From contig OY761158.1 in the NCBI GenBank assembly GCA_963664405.1, positions 6,400,001 to 6,464,000 on the forward strand: a stretch of DNA of 64,000 bases, in the 5' to 3' direction. Both the position numbers and the translations under genes were made by a program. Source of the stretch: Thermoanaerobaculia bacterium. GTDB taxonomy: Bacteria > Acidobacteriota > Thermoanaerobaculia > Multivoradales > Multivoraceae. Shown in pieces: positions 1 through 10,659 of this stretch. The notes beneath the pieces were generated by a model. That model saw nothing but the letters and a program-made list of their open reading frames with translations, was not told where the DNA came from and ran no database searches. How positions within the stretch are numbered: the first letter of the stretch is position 1; each line of letters starts with the position of its first letter.

Positions 1-156
1 GATCGTCATCTGGCTCGCTGGGCGAGGGCGAAATACAAACGTCTGCGGAGACATCGAAGGAGATCGGATCAGTGGGTGCGGAAAGTCCGTGACCGGGATC
101 CACATCTCTTTGCGCATTGGCGCTTCATGTCGTCTCAGGCGAAGGCTGGATGGTAA
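1..156 (+). CDS. C-terminus (maturase/X domain) of the intron-encoded protein of group II intron 1; 5' part lies outside the window
   Basis: Frame 1 reads DRHLARWARAKYKRLRRH...DPHLFAHWRF...GW* and stops (TAA 154-156) directly before a domain V; the WARxKYK...LFAHW pattern is typical of IEP C-termini. Confidence 0.85.
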   Translation, partial: DRHLARWARAKYKRLRRHRRRSDQWVRKVRDRDPHLFAHWRFMSSQAKAGW

Positions 157-230
157 GAGCCGGATGAGTGGAGACATTCACGTCCGGTTCTGTGAGGGGG
201 TGGGGGTGAGATTCCCCCGCCCTACTCGAC
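1..230 (+). mobile_element. Group II intron 1 (innermost), 3' end
   Basis: Domain V GAGCCGGATGAGTGGAGACATTCACGTCCGGTTC at 157-190, then domain VI ending CCTACTCGAC at 230. Confidence 0.93.
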
Positions 231-784
231 GGGTCCTCACTTCTTCGACCGTGGCTGAGGCTCGTAGAGCCTTGGCTGTGGCGACGAGGATCTTGGAGCG
301 GCTCGGTGTCTCCATCAATCCGCAGAAGACGCGGATCGTGCACGTGAAGCATGGTTTCGAGTTTCTCGGGTACAAGATCAAGCTCGGAAAGCAGCTTCGG
401 CTGCCGCGGGCGAAGATCCGCAGCGGTGCCCTTTCGGGCGCCCTGTATGCCTACCCGACTCAGAAGTCGATCCAGCACTTCAAGCAGCAGATTCGCGGTC
501 GGACGCGGCGGAAGGCACCGGTTACCACCGAGCAGCTGATCGAACAGCTGAATCCGGTCCTGCGTGGATGGGGGCACTACTACAAACGTGCCCACGTCCG
601 ACGGCTCTTTCACCAGCTCGACCCATGGGTGGTGCGGCGCCTCTGGTCGCACCGTCACAAGCGCTGGCGCTGTAAAGGGTGGGACAGCCTGCCCAAGGCC
701 ACGCTGTACGGCGAGATGGGCTTGGTGAACCTTGTCGGTCTGATTCCTTCCATCGATTCTTCCCCCAAGGGGGCGTCTTCGTGA
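231..784 (+). CDS. ltrA: 3' half of the group II intron 2 reverse transcriptase/maturase, interrupted by intron 1
   Basis: VLTSSTVAEARRAL...NPQKTRIVHVKHGFEFLGYKI (RT6-7) and LNPVLRGWGHYY (domain X); no endonuclease domain; resumes mid-codon (xGG GTC CTC) right after intron 1. Confidence 0.9.
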
Positions 785-873
785 AAGCCGGATGCGGGAA
801 ATCTGCACGTCCGGTTTGAGCGGCGGACGGAGGCCAGCCTGCGGGTAACCGCGGGCGCCTCCTCCGACCCGAC
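231..873 (+). mobile_element. Group II intron 2 (middle), 3' part
   Basis: IEP followed by domain V AAGCCGGATGCGGGAAATCTGCACGTCCGGTTT (785-817) and domain VI ending CCGACCCGAC at 873. Confidence 0.93.
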
Positions 874-1261
874 ACTGACGAAGCCGGGTAACTCCGGTGG
901 AGGGAAGGAGCCCTAGTTCTGGTGCGCTTTGGAAGGAGAAGGAGACCGGGATTGACGCAAGTCTAGGAACCCGAATGAGTCAAACGACTCCGGAAGAAGC
1001 TCTGTGACAAGACCAAGCGAGAGGACGGTACAAGCTCCGATCGCAAGGAGCCGCCCGGCTAGATCGGGTCGAGGGGATCGACTCGCGAATGCCTTGTCGT
1101 GAAGCCAGTCCGGGAGCCGTGTGCGGGAAAACCGCAAGCACGGTTCGATGAGAGGCGGCGGGAAACGGAGCCAAGGACAGGATAGTGAGGCACTCGCAAC
1201 CGAAAGGGCGAGAAAACAGATGGGCCTGACCTACAGCCACCGCGCCCGCCGTCGACTCCAC
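874..1261 (+). mobile_element. Group II intron 3 (outermost visible), DIII-DVI, IEP internally deleted
   Basis: 874-915 ACTGACGAAGCCGGGTAACTCCGGTGGAGGGAAGGAGCCCT is a domain III 3' portion; DV GAGCCGTGTGCGGGAAAACCGCAAGCACGGTTC 1114-1146; long DVI ending GACTCCAC at 1261; DIV only about 200 nt. Confidence 0.88.
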
Positions 1262-1375
1262 CCTCATTTCAAGGCGTCCTCCCAGGGGATCTTCGTCAAA
1301 GGCAAGAACATTCGGGTGCCTGCCGGTACGGAGTACATGCTGTTCACCAGGGACGACTCGGGGGTTCGCATGTAA
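1262..1375 (+). CDS. Possible 3' exon of the host gene (hypothetical protein C-terminus)
   Basis: Open frame PHFKASSQGIFVKGKNIRVPAGTEYMLFTRDDSGVRM* directly after the intron 3 end; looks protein-like but is short. Confidence 0.4.
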   Translation, partial: PHFKASSQGIFVKGKNIRVPAGTEYMLFTRDDSGVRM

Positions 1376-1430
1376 CCCAGCGAGCGTCGGCGGGCTGTGA
1401 GCTCGGGAGGCAGCCGCCAATGAATCCACC

Positions 1431-1904
1431 TCAGAGGGCCATGGCGAAGAGCCCCGCCGCGGCCAGTGACGCGGCGGTCCTGACGGTATTCCAGAGAGTC
1501 CAACGCGAGAGGTAGTGGTCCCACAACGCCTCTGCACCCGAGCTGTCTGGCTCGGCAGATGCCAGCCGATTGTTCAGAGGCACGTTGAACGCTACCGTCA
1601 CCAGAAGGCACCCGAGCAAATAGAGGGCACACCCAGCGAGCAAGTACGCCCGGTGCGTCCCGGTAGTGCTCCCCAAAGCGAGAAAGGCGACTGGGAGGCA
1701 CGCCGCCCCCGTCCCAAAAAAGGCGAGGACGAACCACGGGTTGAGTACCGTGACGTTGATGGCCTTCATGGCGGCGATTCCCTCACTCTTCGGCAACTGG
1801 CCGAGGGCTCGCATGATGAATGTCGAGAAGGCGAAGAAGATTCCGGCCACTAGGCCGGAGCCCAGCACCGCGGCGAAGATCAGCAGGTCTAAGAGATGAT
1901 TCAT
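1431..1904 (-). CDS. DUF1772 / anthrone oxygenase family membrane protein
   Basis: GLVAGIFFAFSTFIMRAL...AMKAINVTV...NVPLNNRL...WTLWNTVRT; ATG overlaps the upstream stop (ATGA). Confidence 0.85.
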   Translation of the reverse strand: MNHLLDLLIFAAVLGSGLVAGIFFAFSTFIMRALGQLPKSEGIAAMKAINVTVLNPWFVLAFFGTGAACLPVAFLALGSTTGTHRAYLLAGCALYLLGCLLVTVAFNVPLNNRLASAEPDSSGAEALWDHYLSRWTLWNTVRTAASLAAAGLFAMAL

Positions 1905-2923
1905 CCTTGGCGCTCCCAGATGCCGGTCGCGGCGGTCTGAAGAGCGTAGTCGGTGAAGTCGCGAGGCTCTCTTCCCAGTGCTCGACGCACGCCGTCTCCC
2001 AAGTGAGCGTTTCGACCGTCGAGGACGGTGGCGAAGAGGTAATTCAACAGCCACGCGATGTCCTCCGGTAGGCCCCCCTCAGCCACCCCGGCCGCGAAGG
2101 CTTCGGGCGGGATCTGCTCGTAGCGGATCTCACGTCCGGTCGCCCGGGCGATCTCGCCCACTGCTTCAGCGAAGGTGAGGAGTCGGGGCCCGGTGAGCTC
2201 GTAGATCTGGCCGCCGTGGCCGTCTTCGGTCAGCGCGGCAACTGCGACATCGGCGATGTCGTCCACGTCGACGAACGGCTCCCCGACTTCGCCCGCTGGA
2301 AGCGCGATCTCTCCGCCCAGCACCATGTCGAGAAATTCCCCTTCTGAGAAGTTCTGGGAGAACCAGCTGCAGCGAACGACGGTCCATTCGATGTCCGCAC
2401 GTTGGATGATGAGCTCGCACTCCTGCGCCTCCTCCTCTCCGCGACCGGACAGGAGAACCAAGCGCCGCACTCCCTGCCTCACGGCTCGCTCGACGAAGGC
2501 GCGGATGGCGTCCGTCGCCCCCGGGATGGCGAGGTCGGGGGCATAGCTGATGTACGCCGCGGTAACGCTATCGAGCACGGCGCCCCAATTGCTCTGATCG
2601 CCCCAGTCGAAGGGCGGATCGGACTGCCGCGACCCCTTCCGCACTGGGTGGCCTTTCTCTGCGAGACCTTCGACGATCCGTCGACCGGTTTTGCCGGTGA
2701 CCACCATCGTGTCACCGGAAATGGCGAGGATTCCAAACTTGTCCCCAGCCTCGGTATTGGAGGCCTTGAGATAGATGGCTTGCTCAAAGCTGGAATCAAT
2801 GGTGAGCGGATAATTGGATAAGTCATTAGGCACCTCGCCGGCTTCGACGCCGCCGGGAGCCACTACTCCTACACTAGGGAGGCACAAGAGGGCGAGAGCC
2901 CACAACGGTGTCCTGAAGGGCAA
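1901..2923 (-). CDS. NmrA-like NAD(P)H-binding protein fused to the N-terminus of a secreted FG-GAP-repeat protein (chimera)
   Basis: TGKTGRRIV...FDW...LSGRGE...WFSQNF...FVDVDDIADV (NmrA) is preceded by a signal peptide and QAIYLKASNTEAGDKFGILAISGDTMVV; RBS AAAGGAGA before the TTG start. Confidence 0.75.
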   Translation of the reverse strand: MPFRTPLWALALLCLPSVGVVAPGGVEAGEVPNDLSNYPLTIDSSFEQAIYLKASNTEAGDKFGILAISGDTMVVTGKTGRRIVEGLAEKGHPVRKGSRQSDPPFDWGDQSNWGAVLDSVTAAYISYAPDLAIPGATDAIRAFVERAVRQGVRRLVLLSGRGEEEAQECELIIQRADIEWTVVRCSWFSQNFSEGEFLDMVLGGEIALPAGEVGEPFVDVDDIADVAVAALTEDGHGGQIYELTGPRLLTFAEAVGEIARATGREIRYEQIPPEAFAAGVAEGGLPEDIAWLLNYLFATVLDGRNAHLGDGVRRALGREPRDFTDYALQTAATGIWERQG

Positions 2924-3084
2924 GTCTCCTTTCTCAGGTCGCGAGCGACAGGATGTTCAAAGCGGCGGTATCGTGATTCTGACAGAGTTTCCTTTTCTGC
3001 GCGAAGCCGGGCCGCTCAGAGCGGTCACCACTGCCGCAGTCCGTCAGCTTCTGCTCACGTGGCCCGGGCACCGCGAGCCTTGCT

Positions 3085-3300
3085 CTAGTCGAGGAGCCGC
3101 GATAGCCAATGCAGAGTGTTCATGAACAGCTGCGGGTTGTGGAGCTCCGGATGGCGCTCAGCCCACTCCCGTGGATCTGCGACTATTCCGTGCTCGCTAA
3201 AGATGGCGAGCCGTCCTCTTTCGACTCGTAGCACCCCCCGGTTCTTGGGACTGGACCGATCCCGCGATGAGGACGATAGCCGAGAGCAGAAGAGACCACC
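3085..3300 (-). pseudogene. Remnant of a secreted protein gene: signal peptide joined out of frame to a C-terminal fragment
   Basis: WSLLLSAIVLIAGSVQSQEP in one frame, then GVLRVERGRLAIFSEHG...HNPQLFMNTLHWLSRLLD* in another; junction near 3234-3241. Confidence 0.55.
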
Positions 3301-3339
3301 CTTCGCGGGCTCCCGAGAGGATTTCGACCGTGCCTGAGG

Positions 3340-3882
3340 TCAGGCCCACGGCAGACGTCCCTTGCCAGCCAGGTGAGCCAGCACGCCTTCCAGCAACGCT
3401 CGGCCGTCCTTTGCCGGCTCTACACCGACCTCTCGAGCCCACTCTGGCCACGCCCTCAGCTGGGTCGCGTGGTGTCCGGTCTCGGTGTGGACTTGTCGCC
3501 CGAGGACGAGCAGGCGCTGTTGGAGCGCCCTGCCGGCTTTGCCGCTCGCCCGTACCGTTCCCTCGCGCTCGACCCGGCCCAGTAGCGCCTGTTCTTCTTC
3601 CGATAGCCCGTCGCGGCTCGCCTCGAGGGCGGCGGCAAGCAGCGCCGGCCACAACCGCCGGTGAACGAAGGTCGTCTTCCCGGAGACCAGCTTGCAAACC
3701 AGCACATCGGGATGGTCCTCGAGCTCACCAGTGAGCGCGAAGATGCGATGGCTCTCTGGGTGGCCCCACCAAGAGCCCTTTACCGACCCCACAAGCAGCC
3801 CGACGACGCTCGGCAGGGCCTTGTCTTGCTGCAACAGCAGCCCGTACTCTTCGAGGGCCTCCAGCAGGTCGCTAAACTCCAT
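3340..3882 (-). CDS. Conserved hypothetical protein (possibly winged-helix/AlkZ-related)
   Basis: 180-aa ORF with GSWWGHP and KLVSGKTTFVHRRLWP motifs; starts 5 nt after the hydrolase stop. Confidence 0.65.
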   Translation of the reverse strand: MEFSDLLEALEEYGLLLQQDKALPSVVGLLVGSVKGSWWGHPESHRIFALTGELEDHPDVLVCKLVSGKTTFVHRRLWPALLAAALEASRDGLSEEEQALLGRVEREGTVRASGKAGRALQQRLLVLGRQVHTETGHHATQLRAWPEWAREVGVEPAKDGRALLEGVLAHLAGKGRLPWA

Positions 3883-3887
3883 CGCGG

Positions 3888-4769
3888 CTACTTCGTCGAC
3901 ACTGAGGCCAAGAAGCGGCTGAGCTCGGCCTCAAACTCTGCCGGCCGCTCGATCATCAGAAAGTGGCTGACATCGCGCCACATCACCCAGTCGAGCTGCG
4001 GCGCCAGTTTCTCGATTGCGGCTCTGTACTCGTCGTTCCAGGTCGGCTGTTCGACCAGGAGTGCCAGCAACGGTACGCGGATCACTTCGTCACTCCACAT
4101 CGCCGGATCGGCCGTCGCGAGCACCGCATCGACCATCGTCCGTTGCGGTGTGGCAAGAGCCATCTCGGTGATGCCCCGGACGCTCTCTTCCGCAAGGCCG
4201 CCGCCCGCCATCCCCGTGATCATCTGGGTCACGGTGTCCCGGTAGCCCTCTGCGCGCAGCGGCGCGACCATACCTTCGACCGCTTCGACCGTGAACATGT
4301 GCCGCAGTGCGCCATCGACCGCCACCAGCGCCGCCGTTCGCTCAGGATAGGAGCGGTAAAAGCGCACCGCCACCGGCGTGCCGTTGGAGTGACCGACAAT
4401 CACCGCCCGCTCGACCCCGGCGTCGTCCATCACAGTGGCTACGGCGTCGGCGAAGAGGCCCAGGGTGTATTCCTCATCGTCACCGATCTCGTCGCTCTTG
4501 CCGTGACCCGGTAGATCGACGACCAGCACCCTGCCAAGCTCGCTGAGCGCCGGCAGCTGCCGATGCCAGGCCCAGGTCGAGCTCGCCCAGCCGTGAACGA
4601 GAACAAGAGTCGGTTTGTCGCTCTGCGACCTGCCGTAGCTCTCGTAGTAGAGCTTGTGGCCGTCGAGCGTCGTCGTGTGCTCAGAAGCGTGCGTCTCGGC
4701 GGAGATCGGCGATCCGGCCAGGCCGAGCAGGAGCAGCAATGAGGGAATCGTGGGAAGAGGGTCGGTCAC
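3888..4769 (-). CDS. Secreted alpha/beta hydrolase
   Basis: VLVHGW, DLPGHGKS, GHSNG nucleophile elbow, SHFLMIE; N-terminal signal peptide. Confidence 0.9.
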   Translation of the reverse strand: MTDPLPTIPSLLLLLGLAGSPISAETHASEHTTTLDGHKLYYESYGRSQSDKPTLVLVHGWASSTWAWHRQLPALSELGRVLVVDLPGHGKSDEIGDDEEYTLGLFADAVATVMDDAGVERAVIVGHSNGTPVAVRFYRSYPERTAALVAVDGALRHMFTVEAVEGMVAPLRAEGYRDTVTQMITGMAGGGLAEESVRGITEMALATPQRTMVDAVLATADPAMWSDEVIRVPLLALLVEQPTWNDEYRAAIEKLAPQLDWVMWRDVSHFLMIERPAEFEAELSRFLASVSTK

Positions 4770-4799
4770 GCGACGTGCTCACGAGGGGATTATCGAACC

Positions 4800-4963
4800 T
4801 AGACCAGCGTTTCCAAAGTTCGCGCACATATCTCGGCCCCTTCTGCCCGCTGCCGGCGTTACGCCTCCTCGACATATTGCCCAATATGCCTGCGTCGGCG
4901 CGCCTGGCCAGCGAACAGAATGAGCTCGAGCTATGCAGCACGAACTTTGGAAACGCTGGTCTA
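4800..4963 (-). repeat. TA-flanked palindromic element, family A, short form (adds 162 nt), intergenic
   Basis: Terminal inverted repeat TAGACCAGCGTTTCCAAAGTTCG...CGAACTTTGGAAACGCTGGTCTA; near-identical to 22740-22903 in opposite orientation. Confidence 0.92.
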
Positions 4964-5016
4964 GTTTGCGCCATGAGCTGAATAGGCGCAACTTCTTGCG
5001 GTCTCCTCCGTTACTT

Positions 5017-5068
5017 CTCTTGACGGTCTACAGGAACGCGTGGTATCACTACTGTAGACCATCAAGAG
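5017..5068 (+). promoter_or_regulatory. Inverted-repeat operator overlapping the padR promoter
   Basis: CTCTTGACGGTCTACAG-N18-CTGTAGACCATCAAGAG (16/17 match), containing TTGACG (5020-25) and TATCAC (5044-49), just upstream of the RBS. Confidence 0.7.
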
Positions 5069-5075
5069 GAAGGCC

Positions 5076-5420
5076 ATGGCACACGACCAATCCGAACTTC
5101 TCCAGGGCACGTTGGAGCTCTTGATCCTGAAGACGCTCTCGCTCGAGCCGCTGCACGGCTGGGGGATCAGCTTGCGGATCCGGCAGATGTCGAGAGACGT
5201 GTTCCAGGTGAACCAGGGAAGCCTCTATCCCGCACTCCAGCGGATGACGTCCAAAGGCTGGATCCGCTCCGAGTGGCGGACGACAGAAAACAATAGGCGC
5301 GCGAGGTACTACATGCCGACCCCGGCAGGGGAGCGGGAGCTAGCCCGGGAGCGCTCGCAGTGGGAGCGCTCATCAGCCGCCGTCAACTGGGTCCTCAACT
5401 CGACCGGAAACACCGCATGA
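5076..5420 (+). CDS. PadR-family transcriptional regulator (acidobacterial type)
   Basis: LLQGTLELLILKTL...HGWGI...GSLYPALQR...ENNRRARYY. Confidence 0.95.
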   Translation: MAHDQSELLQGTLELLILKTLSLEPLHGWGISLRIRQMSRDVFQVNQGSLYPALQRMTSKGWIRSEWRTTENNRRARYYMPTPAGERELARERSQWERSSAAVNWVLNSTGNTA

Positions 5421-8135
5421 GGTGGGTCGCGGCGTGGCGCGAGCGGTTGCGGGCACTGATCTTCCGGGCGCGCCAGGAGACCGAGCTGGACGAGGAGCTT
5501 CGCTTCCATCTAGACCAGGAGACGGAGCTCCTCCTCGAGGCGGGGCTCGACCCGCAGGAAGCGAGGCGCCAGGCCCGACTTCGCTTTGGCGGCGTCGAGC
5601 GATTCAAGGAAGAGGTGCGGGAGGCGCGTGGCACAGGTGTAATCGACTGCCTGATGCTCGACACACGCTATGCCGCCCGGCGGCTCACGCGCGACTGGCG
5701 TTTCACGCTGCCCGCGGTGCTGATCCTCGCACTCGGGATCGGCGCGAACACCGCAATGTTCAGCGTTGTGAATAGGGCGTTGTTCCAGCCGCTGCCCTTC
5801 GCCGATGCCGATCGACTAGTCAACATCTACCAGAACGTAGGCGAATCGAGTCAGCCCTGGGCCAGCTCCTATCCGGCCTACCAGGACATGGCCGGCTACA
5901 CCGATCTGTTCTCCGGGGTGGCGGCTTCCATGATGCCAACACAGGTTCGCTATTTGGCGGGCCCGCTCGTCAGGACAGGGTCGGCCGAGTACGCCACGTC
6001 CAACTACCTGGAGGTCCAGGGGGTGGACCTGCCCATGGGACGATGGTTCACCGCCGAAGAGGACCGGCCCGGCGCAGCGGCGGTGGCCGTCCTCGGTCAC
6101 CAAGCCTGGACCTCCAAGTTTGGCGCGGCGCCGTCGGTGCTCGGACAGACGATGCGCATCAACGGCGTCCCGGTCACGATCATCGGTGTCGGTCCCGAGG
6201 CGTACAACAGCAATTTCCACTCTGGGTGGGTGACGGACTTCTGGCTCCCGATCTCCTCCGTGACGACGGTCGGGGGGCGCGCGGATGTGCTGCAGCGAAG
6301 GGACGAGGATGCATTTCTGGTCAGAGCCCGTCTGCGGGGCGGTGTGAGCCTGCCCCAGGCACAGGCGGCGATGACGGCTCTCGGAGCGCATCTGGCGAAG
6401 GAGTATCCGGACGACGATCCGGGGCGCGGTATTTCGGTATTGCGATCGGACGAGGTCCTCGTTCACCCCCAGTTCGACACGATACTGGGTGCGGGAGCTT
6501 CGATCCTGATGATCGTGGTGGCGCTGATCCTGGCCATCGCCTGCACCAACTTGGCGACATGGCTTCTCGTGCGCGGACTGTCGCGCGCCAAAGAGATGTC
6601 GGTCCGCCTGGCTTTGGGTGCCACCCGCGCGCAGCTGGCACGCCATCTGCTGGTCGAGAGCACAGTGTTGGCGGGGTGGGTGGTGCGGTGGGTTACCTCT
6701 TGGCGGAATGGGCGATTCGACTGGTGGCGCTCATGGACCTGCCGGTGGACGCAAGCGGTGGCCTCGACTACCGGGTGCTCGGCTTCACGCTGGCACTGTC
6801 GCTACTGACCGGCGTGGCCTTAGGGCTCGCGCCGGCGCTCAACGCCACAGGGGTCACTCTGACACCGAGTCTACGAGCCGATGAGGCCACTCTCGACCCG
6901 AACCGCCGAGGGTTCAACCTCAGAAACGTACTCGTCGTCTCTCAGGTGGTGCTCTCGTGCGTGCTGTTGGTCTTCGAGGGAATCCATCTGCGCGCTCTCG
7001 CCACCACACAGGCGGTGGACCTCGGTTTCAGTGTCGAAGGGCTGGCGTTTATCGAAACGGACGCCTCCTTCGCAGGGTATGCGCCGGACGAGGCGGTGGC
7101 GCTGTACGAGGCCTTGCGCGAACGGCTCTCGGTGCTCCCCGGTGTCGAGTCGGCTAGTCTCGCGGCAGGCCCGCCCCCAGCGTGGCAGCACAGCAGTGAG
7201 CTCGCTATCGATGGGTATGAGCCCGCCGCCGGCGAGCGCCCCTGGGTGCGATGGGTGTGGGCAGGACCTGATTACTTCGACGTGCTTCGCGTCCCGCTTC
7301 TGTATGGCCGCACTTTCACCGACTTTGACCGGCCCGAGACACCGGGCGTCACGGTGATCAACGAGAGCCTGGCGCGCCTTTACTTCGGAACGCCGAATGC
7401 AGTTGGTCGGCGCCTCCGCCTGGTGGATGGTTCCCGTTCGAAGGCAGATGGGGCTCCAGGAGCCGAGCTCGAGGTCATCGGCGTGGTGCCCGACGACTGA
7501 CGTCCCTTACCGACGTCTGGCGTCCGTTGCTCTACCGGTCCTACCACCAGGGGATGGCGATCACGTCGACGGTGCTGGTGCGAACAACGGCGGATCCGGC
7601 CAGCCTGCTGCGACCCATGCTACAAGCGGTTCGCGATCTCGACGACGCGCTGCCCGTCATCACCGCCAAGACGATGACCCAGCATGTCTCTGACTCCCTT
7701 GGCCCTCTGCGGCGCGGTATCGGGTCGCTCCTGGGTCCACTCAGTGCGCTGGGACTCGGATTGGCCAGCCTGGGCCTGTATGTCGTCGTCAGCTTTGCCG
7801 TGTTGCGGCGGTCGCGGGAGATCGGCATCCGCATGACGCTGGGCGCACGGCCGCCACGGGTGATCTGGGTCCTATCGAAGAGCGTGGCGAAGCTGCTCGG
7901 GGTCGGTGTGACGCTGGGTCTGGCGCTGTCATGGCTCGTCGTTCTGGGACTGGGCGCGCTGCATTCCAGCCTCGACCAACAAGAGTCTGTTGGGTTGGCG
8001 TCCGCACCGGCCGCCGACCCGATGACCTTCGCGCTCGTGATGCTGGTCATGGCCGCCGTCGGCCTCGCGGCCACCTTCTTCCCCGCATGGCGCGCTACCA
8101 GGGCCAACCCACTCGTGGCGCTGCGCGATCTGTAA
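5417..8135 (+). pseudogene. Duplicated MacB/FtsX-type ABC permease (ADOP family), frameshifted twice
   Basis: ELDEELRFHL, LALGIGANTAMFS, IACTNLA, EMSVRLALGA, EIGIRMTLGA, PAWRATRANPLVALR spread over three frames; breaks near 6672-6676 and 7495-7510. Confidence 0.85.
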
Positions 8136-8142
8136 GACGCGG

Positions 8143-8280
8143 TCACCCGACGTGCTCACGAACACGCTTCTCGATTTCAGCTCCCACCGCGCGCCGCGCC
8201 ATTCGTAGCTCGAAGTCAGCCTGGAGGCCCGTCCAAGTCTCAGCTGAGACGCCGAAGCACCTGCTGGATCTAGCGACAAC
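8143..8280 (-). pseudogene. C-terminal remnant of a HigA-type antitoxin
   Basis: ARSSRCFGVSAETWTGLQADFELRMARRAVGAEIEKRV resembles the HigA C-terminus (LARxFGxSAExWxxLQxxYDL); N-terminal HTH and toxin gene absent. Confidence 0.65.
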
Positions 8281-8281
8281 T

Positions 8282-8917
8282 TTATTCGGGTGGCACTTCT
8301 TCCCTCCCCCCGAGGGGGGGCCCAAAGCGCGGAAGAAGGCGCCCGGTGTCTCTACGATATTCCTCGTAGCAACGGCCGAACTTCTTGACCAGCTCGGCCT
8401 CCTCGCGCGGGATGATGACGAGGGAGAAGAAGACCAAGGCAGCCAAGGTGAGCGCCGCCATCAGCCAGTTCGCCACCACCAGGCTCAGCGCTCCGAGCAT
8501 GAGCAAGCCGAAGGAGTAGAGAGGGTGGCGCAGCCACCGGTAAGGGCCCGTTCTCACCAGCTCGTGGCTCTGCTTGGTCAGCACCGTCTCCGAGATGTTC
8601 TTGCCTAGGCTACGAAGCATCCAGACGTTCAGGGGCGCTACCGCCAGACCCACGAGAACCCCGATCCAGCGAACCCAGGCGGGGACGGCAAGCGACGACC
8701 AGGCGATCCAAGAGGGATGGATCAGGAAGGCGAGGATGAGCAGCAGCCCCGGAAGGCTGATCAGAACCCGTGCTAGTCGCAGTCGGCTCGATTCGGCCGA
8801 GCGCGAAATCGTCTCCTCGGAGCGCGCTCGGCGCCGGTAGTAACCGGAGATCGTCCCATTGAGGAGTAGCACCAGCAAGAGCAGCCAACGGAAGATCTGT
8901 GGGTCTGGATCTGACAT
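8282..8917 (-). CDS. Isoprenylcysteine carboxyl methyltransferase / PEMT family membrane protein
   Basis: LGKNIS...HELVRTGPYRWLRHPLYS...REEAELVKKFG..YEEYRRDTGRLLPR. Confidence 0.88.
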   Translation of the reverse strand: MSDPDPQIFRWLLLLVLLLNGTISGYYRRRARSEETISRSAESSRLRLARVLISLPGLLLILAFLIHPSWIAWSSLAVPAWVRWIGVLVGLAVAPLNVWMLRSLGKNISETVLTKQSHELVRTGPYRWLRHPLYSFGLLMLGALSLVVANWLMAALTLAALVFFSLVIIPREEAELVKKFGRCYEEYRRDTGRLLPRFGPPLGGREEVPPE

Positions 8918-8964
8918 GGATGATCGAGGGCGCCACCATCGCGAGATGGCGCGCTCGCAGCTCT

Positions 8965-10611
<1,647 letters not shown>

Positions 10612-10659
10612 AGGACTCCGAGGCGGAGCTCGTCTCCGCCGTTTCTGCCCGCACGAGCT

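Noticed and set aside
89-230. N-terminal 47 aa of ORF 89..784
   Set aside because: Read-through of intron 1's IEP tail and DV/DVI RNA, not part of the intron 2 protein.
231-784. RT fragment as a retron, DGR or defence RT
   Set aside because: Domain X and the adjacent DV/DVI identify it as a group II intron protein.
4654-5124. Short ORFs with RPAFPKF / LDQRFQS / LWKRWS peptides (also near 22.7, 23.8 and 50.2 kb)
   Set aside because: Translations of the palindromic repeat, with no independent start signals.
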